Both the position numbers and the translations under genes were made by a program. From NCBI GenBank assembly GCA_964654945.1, contig CAZZLN010000003.1, forward strand, positions 3,398 through 67,397: a stretch of DNA of 64,000 nucleotides, given 5' to 3'. The notes under the pieces were generated by a model. That model had not been told where the DNA came from, searched no databases, and saw only the letters and a program-made list of their open reading frames with translations. The DNA is from an uncultured Lachnospiraceae bacterium. Lineage in GTDB: Bacteria > Bacillota > Clostridia > Lachnospirales > CAG-274. Shown here in pieces: positions 48,831 through 57,827 of this stretch. Positions within the stretch are counted from its first letter, which is position 1; every line of letters starts with the position of its first letter.

Positions 48831-50516
48831 ATGGATATTGTAAAATGCTCTGATTTGAATTTTAATTATTTAAAAAATGACGGAGAGCAGGAAATTAAAA
48901 TTAATGCTCTTAAAAATATAAATATTTCTATAAAAAAAGGTGAGTTTGTTGCGGTTTTAGGGCACAATGGCTCAGGCAAATCAACCCTGTCCAAGATTAT
49001 AAATGCTTTGATATTGCCTCCTGAAAATACTGTTTTTGTAGATGGTATGGATGTGGCTGACAGTAAAAATATTTGGAATGTCAGAAAAAAAGTGGGTATG
49101 GTATTTCAAAATCCTGACAATCAGCTTATATCCTCAATTGTAGAGGACGATGTTGCCTTTGGCTGTGAGAATATAGGTATTCCATCAGAACAAATCAGAA
49201 AAAGAGTTGATTATGCTCTTGAAAAAGTGGGTATGACTGAATATAAAAATGCTGTTGCCTCTGAGCTTTCAGGCGGTCAGAAACAGAGGGTTGCCATAGC
49301 CGGTATACTTGCAATGAAACCGGAGTGTATTATATTTGATGAGGCAACTGCTATGCTCGACCCTATGGGAAGAAAGGCAATTATGAATATAGCCCGGGAA
49401 CTTAATTCTGAGGGAATAACAATTATATTTATTACCCATTATATGGAAGAAGCATTAAAGGCTCAAAGAATAATAGTTTTAAATGATGGCTCTGTTGCTA
49501 TGGATGGAACTCCTTTTGAAATATTTTCACATTATGAAAAGCTTATTGAATATAATCTTGATATTCCACAGGTTACAGAGCTTGGAATGAGGCTTGGCAT
49601 AAAAAATGTTTATGAGCCTTTGGAATTTGCAAAAATACTTATTAAAAAAAATATTCATAGTATTGATTATAACAAAAAACAGTATTTAAACAATAATGAA
49701 ACAATACTTAAAATAGAAAATTTAAGCTATATCTATCATAATGGAAAAAAAGCAGTTGATAATGTTTCTGCTGAAATAAAAAAAGGTGAGATTATATGTC
49801 TTATAGGGCAGACAGGCTGTGGTAAATCCACATTTGTTCAGCTTTTAAACGGCATATATAAGGCTAGTGAAGGAAACATATTTTTTAAAGGACAAAATAT
49901 TAAAGAATGTAAAAATATTGCTCAAAAAATAGGGATTGTGTTTCAATATCCCGAAGATCAGATATTTGAGGCTGCTGTTTTTGATGAGGTTGCCTTTGCA
50001 CCTAAAAATATGAAGCTTGATAAGTATGAAATTCAAAAAAGAGTTAAAAATGCTCTTGATTTTGTAAATATAGATGAAAGCTATTATAATAAATCTCCTT
50101 TTGAACTTTCAGGTGGTGAAAAAAGAAGAATTGCGATAGCAGGAATACTTGCTATGGAGCCTGAAATACTTGTTTTTGATGAACCAATGGCAGGACTTGA
50201 TCCAAAAGGAAGAAAAGAAATTTTAAAAAATATAAAGGCACTCACAGACAGAGATATTACAGTTTTGCTTGTTTCACATTCTATGGAGGAAGCTGCTGAA
50301 ATTGCTGACAGAATTATTGTTATGGAAAACGGCAGATTTAAGTATTTTGATATTCCTGATAATGTGTTTAAGCACAAAGATTTATCTTCTATGGGGTTAG
50401 ATGTGCCAAAGGTGACAGAGATATTCAATATTATAAATAGAGAAAAAGAACTGCTTCCTTATGCCTGTAATGTGGAGGAAGCGGAAATTATACTTAAAAA
50501 GGCCTTGAGTTTATGA
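48831..50516 (+). CDS. ecfA: Energy-coupling factor transporter ATPase, fused EcfA1-EcfA2 (two ABC domains in one polypeptide)
   Basis: Two complete ABC cassettes: GHNGSGKST / LSGGQKQRVAIAGILAM / IIFDEATAMLDP, and GQTGCGKST / LSGGEKRRIAIAGILAM / LVFDEPMAGLDP. They are joined by about 20 aa and followed by ecfT and truA. Confidence 0.85.
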   Translation: MDIVKCSDLNFNYLKNDGEQEIKINALKNINISIKKGEFVAVLGHNGSGKSTLSKIINALILPPENTVFVDGMDVADSKNIWNVRKKVGMVFQNPDNQLISSIVEDDVAFGCENIGIPSEQIRKRVDYALEKVGMTEYKNAVASELSGGQKQRVAIAGILAMKPECIIFDEATAMLDPMGRKAIMNIARELNSEGITIIFITHYMEEALKAQRIIVLNDGSVAMDGTPFEIFSHYEKLIEYNLDIPQVTELGMRLGIKNVYEPLEFAKILIKKNIHSIDYNKKQYLNNNETILKIENLSYIYHNGKKAVDNVSAEIKKGEIICLIGQTGCGKSTFVQLLNGIYKASEGNIFFKGQNIKECKNIAQKIGIVFQYPEDQIFEAAVFDEVAFAPKNMKLDKYEIQKRVKNALDFVNIDESYYNKSPFELSGGEKRRIAIAGILAMEPEILVFDEPMAGLDPKGRKEILKNIKALTDRDITVLLVSHSMEEAAEIADRIIVMENGRFKYFDIPDNVFKHKDLSSMGLDVPKVTEIFNIINREKELLPYACNVEEAEIILKKALSL

Positions 50517-51310
50517 ATATTATATTGGGACAGTTTTATCCTACAGGCTCATTTCTTGAAAAAATTGATGCCAGAGCTAAGATTATTTCTACAATTATAT
50601 ATATTATTTCTGTGTTTTTATGCGACAGCTTTATAAGCTACGGATTGTGTATTGCTGCACTTGTGTTTGCCGCAACAGCATCTAAGCTTCCTTTTGGTAT
50701 GTTAATAAGCGGTATGAAGGGTATGCTTGTAATATTATTGTTTACTGCTGTAATTAATTTGTTTTTTACTGACGAGGGCAATGTTATTTTAAGCTTTTGG
50801 ATTATAAAAATTACTGATGAAAGCATTTTAAGGACAATAAAGCTTTGTTTAAGACTTGTTCTCCTTGTGATGTCATCATCAATTCTTACATTAACTACAA
50901 AGCCTGTTCAGCTTACAGTTGCACTTGAAAGCATTATGAAACCCTTTGGGAGAATAGGATTGCCTTATCATGAGATTGCAATGATGATGAGTATTGCTCT
51001 TAGATTTATACCTACATTAATGGAAGAACTTGTTAAAATTAAAAAAGCTCAGCAGGCAAGAGGAGCAAGTTTTGATGAAGGTGGTTTTTATGCAAGAATA
51101 AAGGCTTTTGTTCCTATAATTATTCCCCTTTTTGTATCTTCATTCAGACGTGCTGATGAGCTTGCAATGGCAATGGAAGCAAGATGCTACAGAGGAGGAA
51201 TAAACAGAACAAGACTTAATAATCCTAAGTTTGGTATCAAGGATTATTGCATTATTATAATTTTGTTTTTATTTACTTTTTTAATAGCAGTTCTGGAGTA
51301 TATGATATGA
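50513..51310 (+). CDS. ecfT: Energy-coupling factor transporter transmembrane subunit
   Basis: CbiQ/EcfT family with the ARG motifs KKAQQARGA and MEARCYRGG. ATGA overlap with ecfA. Confidence 0.9.
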   Translation: MNIILGQFYPTGSFLEKIDARAKIISTIIYIISVFLCDSFISYGLCIAALVFAATASKLPFGMLISGMKGMLVILLFTAVINLFFTDEGNVILSFWIIKITDESILRTIKLCLRLVLLVMSSSILTLTTKPVQLTVALESIMKPFGRIGLPYHEIAMMMSIALRFIPTLMEELVKIKKAQQARGASFDEGGFYARIKAFVPIIIPLFVSSFRRADELAMAMEARCYRGGINRTRLNNPKFGIKDYCIIIILFLFTFLIAVLEYMI

Positions 51311-52080
51311 GAATTTTAATTAGAATAAGCTATGACGGAAGCAATTATTTCGGATGGCAAAGACAAAATGAATTTATATCTGTTCAGCAAAAAGTTGAGG
51401 AGGCTCTTTCTGCACTTTTAAAACAGAATATATCAATAAGAGGTTCAAGCAGAACAGACACAGGTGTTCATGCTATGGCACAGGGAGCTGTTTTTGAGGC
51501 AGATACTACTATTCCAATGGATAAGTTTCCTTATGCCGTTAATTCTTTTTTGCCTAATGATATTGTGGTATGGAGTGCTGTGGAGGTTAATGAAAATTTT
51601 CATCCCCAGTATTCCGTAACAGACAAAACCTATGAATATAAAATTCAAAATTCAAAATTCAGAAATCCTAAGCTTTATAATTACACCGATTTTGTCAGAT
51701 ATGACCTTGATATAGAACTTATGAAAAAAGCCTGCGGATATTTTATAGGTGAATATGATTTTAAGGCTTTTTGTGCAAGGGGAGCACAGTCTAAAACTAC
51801 TGTCAGAACAATATATGATTTAACTGTTAATAAAAAAAATGATATTATTAATATAAAAGTCAGAGGAAACGGCTTTTTATATAATATGGTGAGAATAATT
51901 GTTGGAACACTTGTAGAGGTTGGCAGAGGGAAAATAAAGCCTGAACAAATTCAGGATATTATTTTTTCAAAGGACAGAGCAAGAGCCGGAAAAACTATGT
52001 CACCAAATGGATTAACACTTATGGAGGTAAATTATGGAAACTACTCAGGACAAGACTGTTCAGAAAAAAACAGTAAATGA
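51307..52080 (+). CDS. truA: tRNA pseudouridine(38-40) synthase
   Basis: MRILIRISYDGSNYFGWQRQ N-terminus with the catalytic motif RTDTGVHA. The ATG at 51307 overlaps the ecfT stop. The ORF-track start at 51247 lies inside ecfT. Confidence 0.9.
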   Translation: MRILIRISYDGSNYFGWQRQNEFISVQQKVEEALSALLKQNISIRGSSRTDTGVHAMAQGAVFEADTTIPMDKFPYAVNSFLPNDIVVWSAVEVNENFHPQYSVTDKTYEYKIQNSKFRNPKLYNYTDFVRYDLDIELMKKACGYFIGEYDFKAFCARGAQSKTTVRTIYDLTVNKKNDIINIKVRGNGFLYNMVRIIVGTLVEVGRGKIKPEQIQDIIFSKDRARAGKTMSPNGLTLMEVNYGNYSGQDCSEKNSK

Positions 52081-53191
52081 AAAAAGACCGGTTCAGTCAA
52101 AAAATGTAAGAACTGAGCAGACAGCAAAAAGACATATTAAAGGAAAAAAGAGAAAAAAGAAAAATTCAGGCTGCCTCTTTCCCTTTATTATTGCAGTTGT
52201 TATAATTGGTGTGCTGTTATTTATAGGTCATAAGTATTTAAAAAATGATATGTCTACAGGAGAAGAAACAGAAGAAATTGCAGTTGAAATTCCTGATGGA
52301 ACAACTGTTTTTGAAATAGCAGATTTGCTTGAAGAAAATAATGTTATTGACAGTTCGCTGCACTTTAAAATATTATGTAAATTGAAATCAAAGGGTTCAG
52401 AATTCAGATCAGGTTATTATATATTTACAAATGATATGACCTTTGATGAAATCGAAATGCTTTTAAATTCCGGAGCTGCAAGCTCCAATGCTTTAAGACT
52501 TACTGTAAAAGAGGGTATGTGGCTTACTGAAATAGCTGATGCAGTAGCAGAAACAGGCATATGCACAAGAGATGAATTTATTGAGGCTGCAAATTCAAAA
52601 GATTATGACTATGATTTTGTAAAGGATATTCCGGACAGAAATAATGTTCTTGAGGGTTATTTGTATCCTAATACATATTTTTTACAAAAAGATATGACAG
52701 CAAGAGATGTTGTGGATATGCTTCTTTCAGAGTTTGATAAACAAATAACCGAAAATGATATTTTAGCCAAGGCTAAAAAACATGATAAGACACTTGACGA
52801 AATTGTAATAATTGCTTCTCTTATAGAAGCAGAGGTAAAATATGAGCCTGAGAGAGCAATAGTTTCTTCCGTAATTTATAACAGACTTAATTCAAATACC
52901 AAGCTTCAGATTGATGCTTCTGTATTATATTCTTTGGGCGAAAGAAAAAAAAGAGTGTATTATTCCGACCTTGAAAATCCCGAAAGTCATAACACATATT
53001 ATGTAGACGGACTTCCAGAAGGTCCTATTAATTCTCCTAGAATTGCTTCTATTATTGCGGCTTGTGAGCCGGAGGATACAAATTATATGTTTTATGTTGT
53101 TGAGGATACGGAAACAGGTCAGCACGCTTTTTGCGAAACCTATGATGATTTTACAAAGGCTAAAGAAAAATATCTTGCACAGGTGAATTAA
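52034..53191 (+). CDS. mltG: Endolytic murein transglycosylase (YceG-like)
   Basis: Lys-rich cytoplasmic tail, a single TM segment and a YceG domain (LIEAEVKYEPERAIVSSVIYNRL, NTYYVDGLPEGPINSP). GGAGGT RBS 5 nt before the ATG at 52034. Confidence 0.85.
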   Translation: METTQDKTVQKKTVNEKRPVQSKNVRTEQTAKRHIKGKKRKKKNSGCLFPFIIAVVIIGVLLFIGHKYLKNDMSTGEETEEIAVEIPDGTTVFEIADLLEENNVIDSSLHFKILCKLKSKGSEFRSGYYIFTNDMTFDEIEMLLNSGAASSNALRLTVKEGMWLTEIADAVAETGICTRDEFIEAANSKDYDYDFVKDIPDRNNVLEGYLYPNTYFLQKDMTARDVVDMLLSEFDKQITENDILAKAKKHDKTLDEIVIIASLIEAEVKYEPERAIVSSVIYNRLNSNTKLQIDASVLYSLGERKKRVYYSDLENPESHNTYYVDGLPEGPINSPRIASIIAACEPEDTNYMFYVVEDTETGQHAFCETYDDFTKAKEKYLAQVN

Positions 53192-53192
53192 T

Positions 53193-53840
53193 ATGCTGGT
53201 TGAAAAATATTTAGAGGATTATGTTATTGGTATGCTTACTGATTGTGATGGTGAGCTTGGCAGGCTTCAAAGAGAAAGCTATAATGCCGGATTGCCTATT
53301 ATTCCTAAAGATGTTGTTAAGCTTTTAGGATTTATTCTTGGAATTTATAAGCCTGTTAAAATACTTGAAGTTGGTATGGCAGTTGGTTTTTCTGCAGCAT
53401 TTATGAGTGGATATTTACCTGAAAACGGACATATTACTACTATTGACAGATACCCGCTTATGATAGAAAAAGCAAAGGCAAATTTTAAAAAATTAGGCAT
53501 TGAAGATAAAATAACTGTTCTTGAGGGTGATGCTAATATTGTGCTTAAATCCCTTGACGAAAAATTTGATTTTGTTTTTATGGATGCTGCTAAAGGTCAA
53601 TATATTAATATTTTGCCTGATGTTTTAAGACTGTTAAAGGTCGGCGGAGTGATTATGGCTGATGATATATTACAAGATGGCAGGGTTGCACAGGATTATT
53701 TTGAAATACCCAAAAGACAGAGGACTATCCATAAAAGATTAAATGAATTTCTTAATACTATTACCCATAGTGATAATTTGAGAACATCTATACTGACTAT
53801 TGGTGATGGTGTTGCATTAATGGAAAAATTAAAGGAGTGA
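53193..53840 (+). CDS. Class I SAM-dependent O-methyltransferase (TrmR/YrrM-like)
   Basis: SAM motif ILEVGMAVGFSA, plus FVFMDAAK. Sits in the conserved mltG-yrrM-U32 arrangement. Confidence 0.75.
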   Translation: MLVEKYLEDYVIGMLTDCDGELGRLQRESYNAGLPIIPKDVVKLLGFILGIYKPVKILEVGMAVGFSAAFMSGYLPENGHITTIDRYPLMIEKAKANFKKLGIEDKITVLEGDANIVLKSLDEKFDFVFMDAAKGQYINILPDVLRLLKVGGVIMADDILQDGRVAQDYFEIPKRQRTIHKRLNEFLNTITHSDNLRTSILTIGDGVALMEKLKE

Positions 53841-53845
53841 GAATT

Positions 53846-55096
53846 TTGAATAAAAAAATTGAACTGCTTGCTCCTGCCGGAGATTTGGAAAAACTTAAAA
53901 TTGCTGTGCTTTACGGTGCAGATGCAGTTTATCTTGGAGGTACAAGCTTTGGACTTAGAGCTAAGGCTAAAAACTTTGATTATACTCAGATGAAAGAGGG
54001 AGTTGAGTTTGCTCATAAACATGGTGTAAAGGTATATGTTACCTGTAATATTTTTGCACATAATGAAGATTTTGAAAATATGGCGGATTATTTCAGAGAG
54101 CTTCAGGAGCTGAATGTTGATGCTATTCTGGTTGCTGACCCCGGAGTATTTTCTGTTGCAAGAGAGGTAGTGCCGAATATGGATATTCATATAAGCACAC
54201 AGGCAAACAATACTAATTATCATACTGCTCTTTTTTGGAAAAATCTTGGTGCATCAAGAATTGTTATGGCAAGAGAGCTTTCACTTAAAGAAATAAAGGG
54301 TATTTCCGATAATATACCCGAAGATTTGGAAGTTGAAGCTTTCGTACATGGAGCTATGTGTATAAGCTACAGCGGCAGATGCCTTTTAAGCAATTATCTT
54401 ACAGGCAGAGATGCTAACAAGGGTGCATGCTCACACCCCTGCAGATGGAATTATTATGTTACCGAAAAAACAAGACCTAATGAATATATGCCTGTTATAG
54501 AAGATGACAGAGGAACTTATATATTTAATTCAAAGGACCTTTGTATGATAAATCATATTCCTGACCTAATAGAAGCAGGAGTTATGAGCCTAAAAATTGA
54601 GGGCAGAATTAAAACAAGTTTTTATGTTGGAACAGTAGTAAGGGCATATAGAGAAGCTATTGATGATTATTTAAAAGACCCTGAGTTGTATGAAAGCAAA
54701 AAGGATTATTATATTCAGGAGGCTGCAAAAGCAAGCTACAGAGGCTTTACAACAGGATTTTACTATGGCAAGCCAAGTGCAGAAGACCAGATTTATACTA
54801 CAAGCTCATATATAAGAACTTATGATTTTGTTGGTATGGTGCTTGATTATGATAATGAAACAGGCTATGCCGTTATTGAGCAGAGAAATAAATTTATAAA
54901 GGGCGATAAGGTTGAGTTTTTAAGACATAATGGTGAAATATTTTCACAGACTGTTACTGAAATGTATAATGAAGATGGTGAGAGTATTTCAGAAGCTCCC
55001 CATCCTCAGCAAATAATTAAACTTAAAGTGAATTCAGATGTTGAAGCTTTTGATATGATGAGAATGGAAAGCAAAACACCTGTTACACTTAAATAA
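53846..55096 (+). CDS. U32-family peptidase-like protein (TrhP/YrrO-like, tRNA ho5U34 synthesis)
   Basis: MNKKIELLAPAGD N-terminus, plus EAFVHGAMCISYSGRCLLSNY. AAGGAG RBS 8 nt upstream of the TTG at 53846. The ORF-track GTG at 53837 overlaps that RBS. Confidence 0.85.
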   Translation: MNKKIELLAPAGDLEKLKIAVLYGADAVYLGGTSFGLRAKAKNFDYTQMKEGVEFAHKHGVKVYVTCNIFAHNEDFENMADYFRELQELNVDAILVADPGVFSVAREVVPNMDIHISTQANNTNYHTALFWKNLGASRIVMARELSLKEIKGISDNIPEDLEVEAFVHGAMCISYSGRCLLSNYLTGRDANKGACSHPCRWNYYVTEKTRPNEYMPVIEDDRGTYIFNSKDLCMINHIPDLIEAGVMSLKIEGRIKTSFYVGTVVRAYREAIDDYLKDPELYESKKDYYIQEAAKASYRGFTTGFYYGKPSAEDQIYTTSSYIRTYDFVGMVLDYDNETGYAVIEQRNKFIKGDKVEFLRHNGEIFSQTVTEMYNEDGESISEAPHPQQIIKLKVNSDVEAFDMMRMESKTPVTLK

Positions 55097-55123
55097 ATTT
55101 ATTTTTTATAGGAGGAATATTTA

Positions 55124-56533
55124 ATGAAAAAATTTTTAGCAACGATGTTGTCAGCATTAATGATAATTTCAGGTGCAAGCTTTTCTTATGCTGCCGAAAC
55201 CCTTGATGTTGATTGTGTAGTGAGCAATAGCTCTCTTGAGGTAGGAGATAATTTTTATGTTGACTTTAAAATTTATGATAATCCTACAGGCTATAATTCC
55301 ATGACAGCATATTTAAGATATGACCCTAATGTTATAAGAGCTGTTGAATGTGATGTTGAGGATATACCAAGTGATCTTATTGTTTATCAGAATGAAAACG
55401 GTGCATATTTATCGCTTTTTTCATATACTTATGTAAATGGCAGACTTAATTTTGTGCCTAAAACAGGTGATGTTGATTATGATGGATATGCTAATGGCAA
55501 AAAGTCAGCATCTGAAATTGGCATTATTAAGCTTACAAATTATCTTGGTGCTTCCGTAAACAATTATCTTCAGAATTATGAGGATACAGGTACTCTTGTC
55601 AGAATGAAGTTTGAGGCTGTCGGCGGCGGCTCTACTGATATAGTCCTTGATAATGCAATTGCAGCATATTTTGTTGAAGGACAGAATATGCAGCTTAATG
55701 TTAATGCTTCAGGGGGAAGCGTTGCTGTTTCAGGAGCTGCTGTCGATAATGAAAGCACAGAATCAACTACAGCTGTTTCTTCAACAGAAACAACAACAAG
55801 CAGCTCATCAAACAGTGGTTCAGACTCAAGCAGTGGTTCAAGCTCAAGCAGTGGTTCAGGTTCTTCAGGAAGTACCTCTTCTTCAGCAACAACTACAACA
55901 CAGGCTACAACCGAAGCATCTGCTGAAGTGACTACAGCCTCTGTAACTAATAATGAAATAAATAATGTTGAAGCAACAGTATCTTTTGTTGATGTTAAAT
56001 CTGATGCGTGGTATTATGAACCTGTTATGAAACTTGCTTCTGCTAAAATTGTAAATGGCTATTCTGCCGATAACACATTCAGACCAAACAATAATGTAAC
56101 ACGAGCTGATTTCCTTTTAATGCTTTTAAGAGGTATGGGTGTTGATACAACTGCTGCACCTGCATCTAATTTTAGTGATGTTTCACAGAGTAAGTATTAT
56201 TATAATGCAGTCGGAATTGCAAAAGAAATGGGTATTGCATCAGGTGATGGTGTAAACTTTAATCCTGAAAGCAATATTACAAGACAGGATATGATGATAT
56301 TAGCTAAGAAAGCACTTGAAAGTGCAGCAAATACAACTATCACAGGAGATACTTCCGTACTTGACCAATTTAATGATAAAAATGAAATTTCTGCTTATGC
56401 AGTTGATAGCCTTGCCGCTATGGTAAGTGAGGGAATAGTAAATGGTATGGGTGATAATATTGCACCTAAGGCAAATACTACAAGAGCACAGGCTGTTGTT
56501 ATAATTTCAAATATAATGGAAAAACTTATCTAA
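55124..56533 (+). CDS. Cell-surface anchoring protein: one cohesin module, a Ser/Thr-rich linker and three SLH repeats
   Basis: - Signal peptide present.
- Cohesin-like module with MTAYLRYDPNVIRAV and LVRMKFEAVGGG.
- Ser/Thr linker of about 70 aa.
- SLH repeats FVDVKSDAWYYEPVMKLASAKIVNGY, FSDVSQSKYYYNAVGIAKEMGIASG and FNDKNEISAYAVDSLAAMVSEGIVNG. Confidence 0.8.
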   Translation: MKKFLATMLSALMIISGASFSYAAETLDVDCVVSNSSLEVGDNFYVDFKIYDNPTGYNSMTAYLRYDPNVIRAVECDVEDIPSDLIVYQNENGAYLSLFSYTYVNGRLNFVPKTGDVDYDGYANGKKSASEIGIIKLTNYLGASVNNYLQNYEDTGTLVRMKFEAVGGGSTDIVLDNAIAAYFVEGQNMQLNVNASGGSVAVSGAAVDNESTESTTAVSSTETTTSSSSNSGSDSSSGSSSSSGSGSSGSTSSSATTTTQATTEASAEVTTASVTNNEINNVEATVSFVDVKSDAWYYEPVMKLASAKIVNGYSADNTFRPNNNVTRADFLLMLLRGMGVDTTAAPASNFSDVSQSKYYYNAVGIAKEMGIASGDGVNFNPESNITRQDMMILAKKALESAANTTITGDTSVLDQFNDKNEISAYAVDSLAAMVSEGIVNGMGDNIAPKANTTRAQAVVIISNIMEKLI

Positions 56534-56557
56534 TCAATAAGATATAGGCTTAAAATG

Positions 56558-56607
56558 AACTGACTCCCAAAAGTTATACTTAAAAATTCAACTTTTGGGA
56601 GTCAGTT
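56558..56607 (+). terminator. Strong hairpin after the cohesin-SLH gene
   Basis: Perfect 18-bp stem AACTGACTCCCAAAAGTT / AACTTTTGGGAGTCAGTT with a 14-nt loop, followed by ATTTAAT. Confidence 0.7.
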
Positions 56608-56646
56608 ATTTAATGATAAATAAAATATTAAATATAATAAAAAGTA

Positions 56647-56681
56647 TTAACAGCACCTTCAAAATCAGAAGGTGCTGTTAA
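56647..56681 (-). terminator. Intrinsic terminator of the aquaporin gene
   Basis: 14-bp stem TTAACAGCACCTTC / GAAGGTGCTGTTAA with a 7-nt loop. On the minus strand it is followed by ATACTTTTTATT. Confidence 0.6.
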
Positions 56682-56791
56682 TATTAACAAAAATTTGTTT
56701 TTAGTGAAGCAAGAAAAATAAGACCAATGGTAAATCTATACCTTTGATAACTTATGAAAGCTGCTTCTTTATAAAATTAAGTGGCATACAA

Positions 56792-57487
56792 TCAATCTTC
56801 AGCTTCAAGTGCCTTATAAATAACTGCTGCAATAATTGCGCCAACAAGAGGACCTACAATGAATACCCAAAGGCATGCAACAGGGTCAGCGTTTCCGTTA
56901 ATTGCTGCTGCAATTGCTGGGCCTATACTTCTTGCAGGGTTTACAGATGTGCCTGTAAGACCTATACCAAGAATATGAACAAGAGTAAGTGTAAGACCTA
57001 TAATAAGACCTCCGAATGAACCATGATTAGCTTTCTTAGATGTTACACCGAGAATTGTAAGAACAAATATAAATGTAAGAACAACCTCAACAAGCAAGCC
57101 TGCGGCAGCACTGCCGTTTACTCCTGCCAAACCGTTAGAGCCGAAAGCTCCGGTCATATCTGTTACTCCGCCAAGTCCGAATATTGCTGATAGTATGCCT
57201 GCTCCTGCAATAGCACCGATAATTTGAGCAATTACATAACCAACAAATTCACTTACTGTAATGCCTCCGCTTATAAGAACACCAAGTGAAACAGCCGGAT
57301 TAATATGGCAGCCTGATATATTGCCTACACAATATGCCATTCCCACAATAACAAGACCGAATGCAAGAGCTGTCAGTATGTAGCCACAGCCGGCAGCCGC
57401 ATTGCATCCAACAAGCATAGCCGTTCCGCATCCTAAGGTAACCAGTACCATAGTTCCAATAAATTCTGCAACAAGTTTTTTAATCAT
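56792..57487 (-). CDS. aqpZ: MIP-family channel, aquaporin Z-like
   Basis: Two NPA boxes (HINPAVS and SVNPARS). Collinear with E. coli AqpZ (KLVAEFIGT, VGYVIAQIIGAI). GGAAGG RBS upstream. Confidence 0.9.
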   Translation of the reverse strand: MIKKLVAEFIGTMVLVTLGCGTAMLVGCNAAAGCGYILTALAFGLVIVGMAYCVGNISGCHINPAVSLGVLISGGITVSEFVGYVIAQIIGAIAGAGILSAIFGLGGVTDMTGAFGSNGLAGVNGSAAAGLLVEVVLTFIFVLTILGVTSKKANHGSFGGLIIGLTLTLVHILGIGLTGTSVNPARSIGPAIAAAINGNADPVACLWVFIVGPLVGAIIAAVIYKALEAED

Positions 57488-57584
57488 AAAAAAACCTTCC
57501 TTCTATAAAATTTTTATTTTTAAGGCTTTAAAAATTTTAAAGCATCTTAAACAAATTAATTTATCCCATTTAATTAGGATTGAA

Positions 57585-57613
57585 ATTTTATTTCCATATG
57601 GGATATAATTCAA
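57585..57613 (-). promoter_or_regulatory. Sigma-A-like promoter for aqpZ
   Basis: The minus strand reads TTGAAT (57613-57608), a 17-nt spacer, then TAAAAT (57590-57585). Confidence 0.35.
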
Positions 57614-57754
57614 TATATACGTAAAATGTAAAAATTAAGCCGTATATCTGTAATTTTCAATAATTTCAAAATATTTTTCTGTTAGTTATATAATATAATA
57701 TTATGGGGTTTTTGTCAATATTTGAAATTTCAAATTTTATACATATTTAATGAT

Positions 57755-57787
57755 TAACTGTTAAACTCCCTTTATAACTGTTAAACT
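57755..57787 (+). repeat. Two copies of the 13-nt direct repeat TAACTGTTAAACT, 20 nt apart
   Basis: Copies at 57755-57767 and 57775-57787 are identical, start to start 20 nt. They lie in the 810-bp intergenic region. Confidence 0.6.
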
Positions 57788-57827
57788 TATTAATACCGGT
57801 AATGAAGAATAAATATAAATAAATTTT

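Noticed and set aside
57703-57750. 15-codon ORF (MGFLSIFEISNFIHI) in the long intergenic region, and a 23-codon ORF at about 48627-48698.
   Set aside because: Neither has a Shine-Dalgarno sequence or a recognisable peptide family. Such ORFs are expected by chance in AT-rich DNA.
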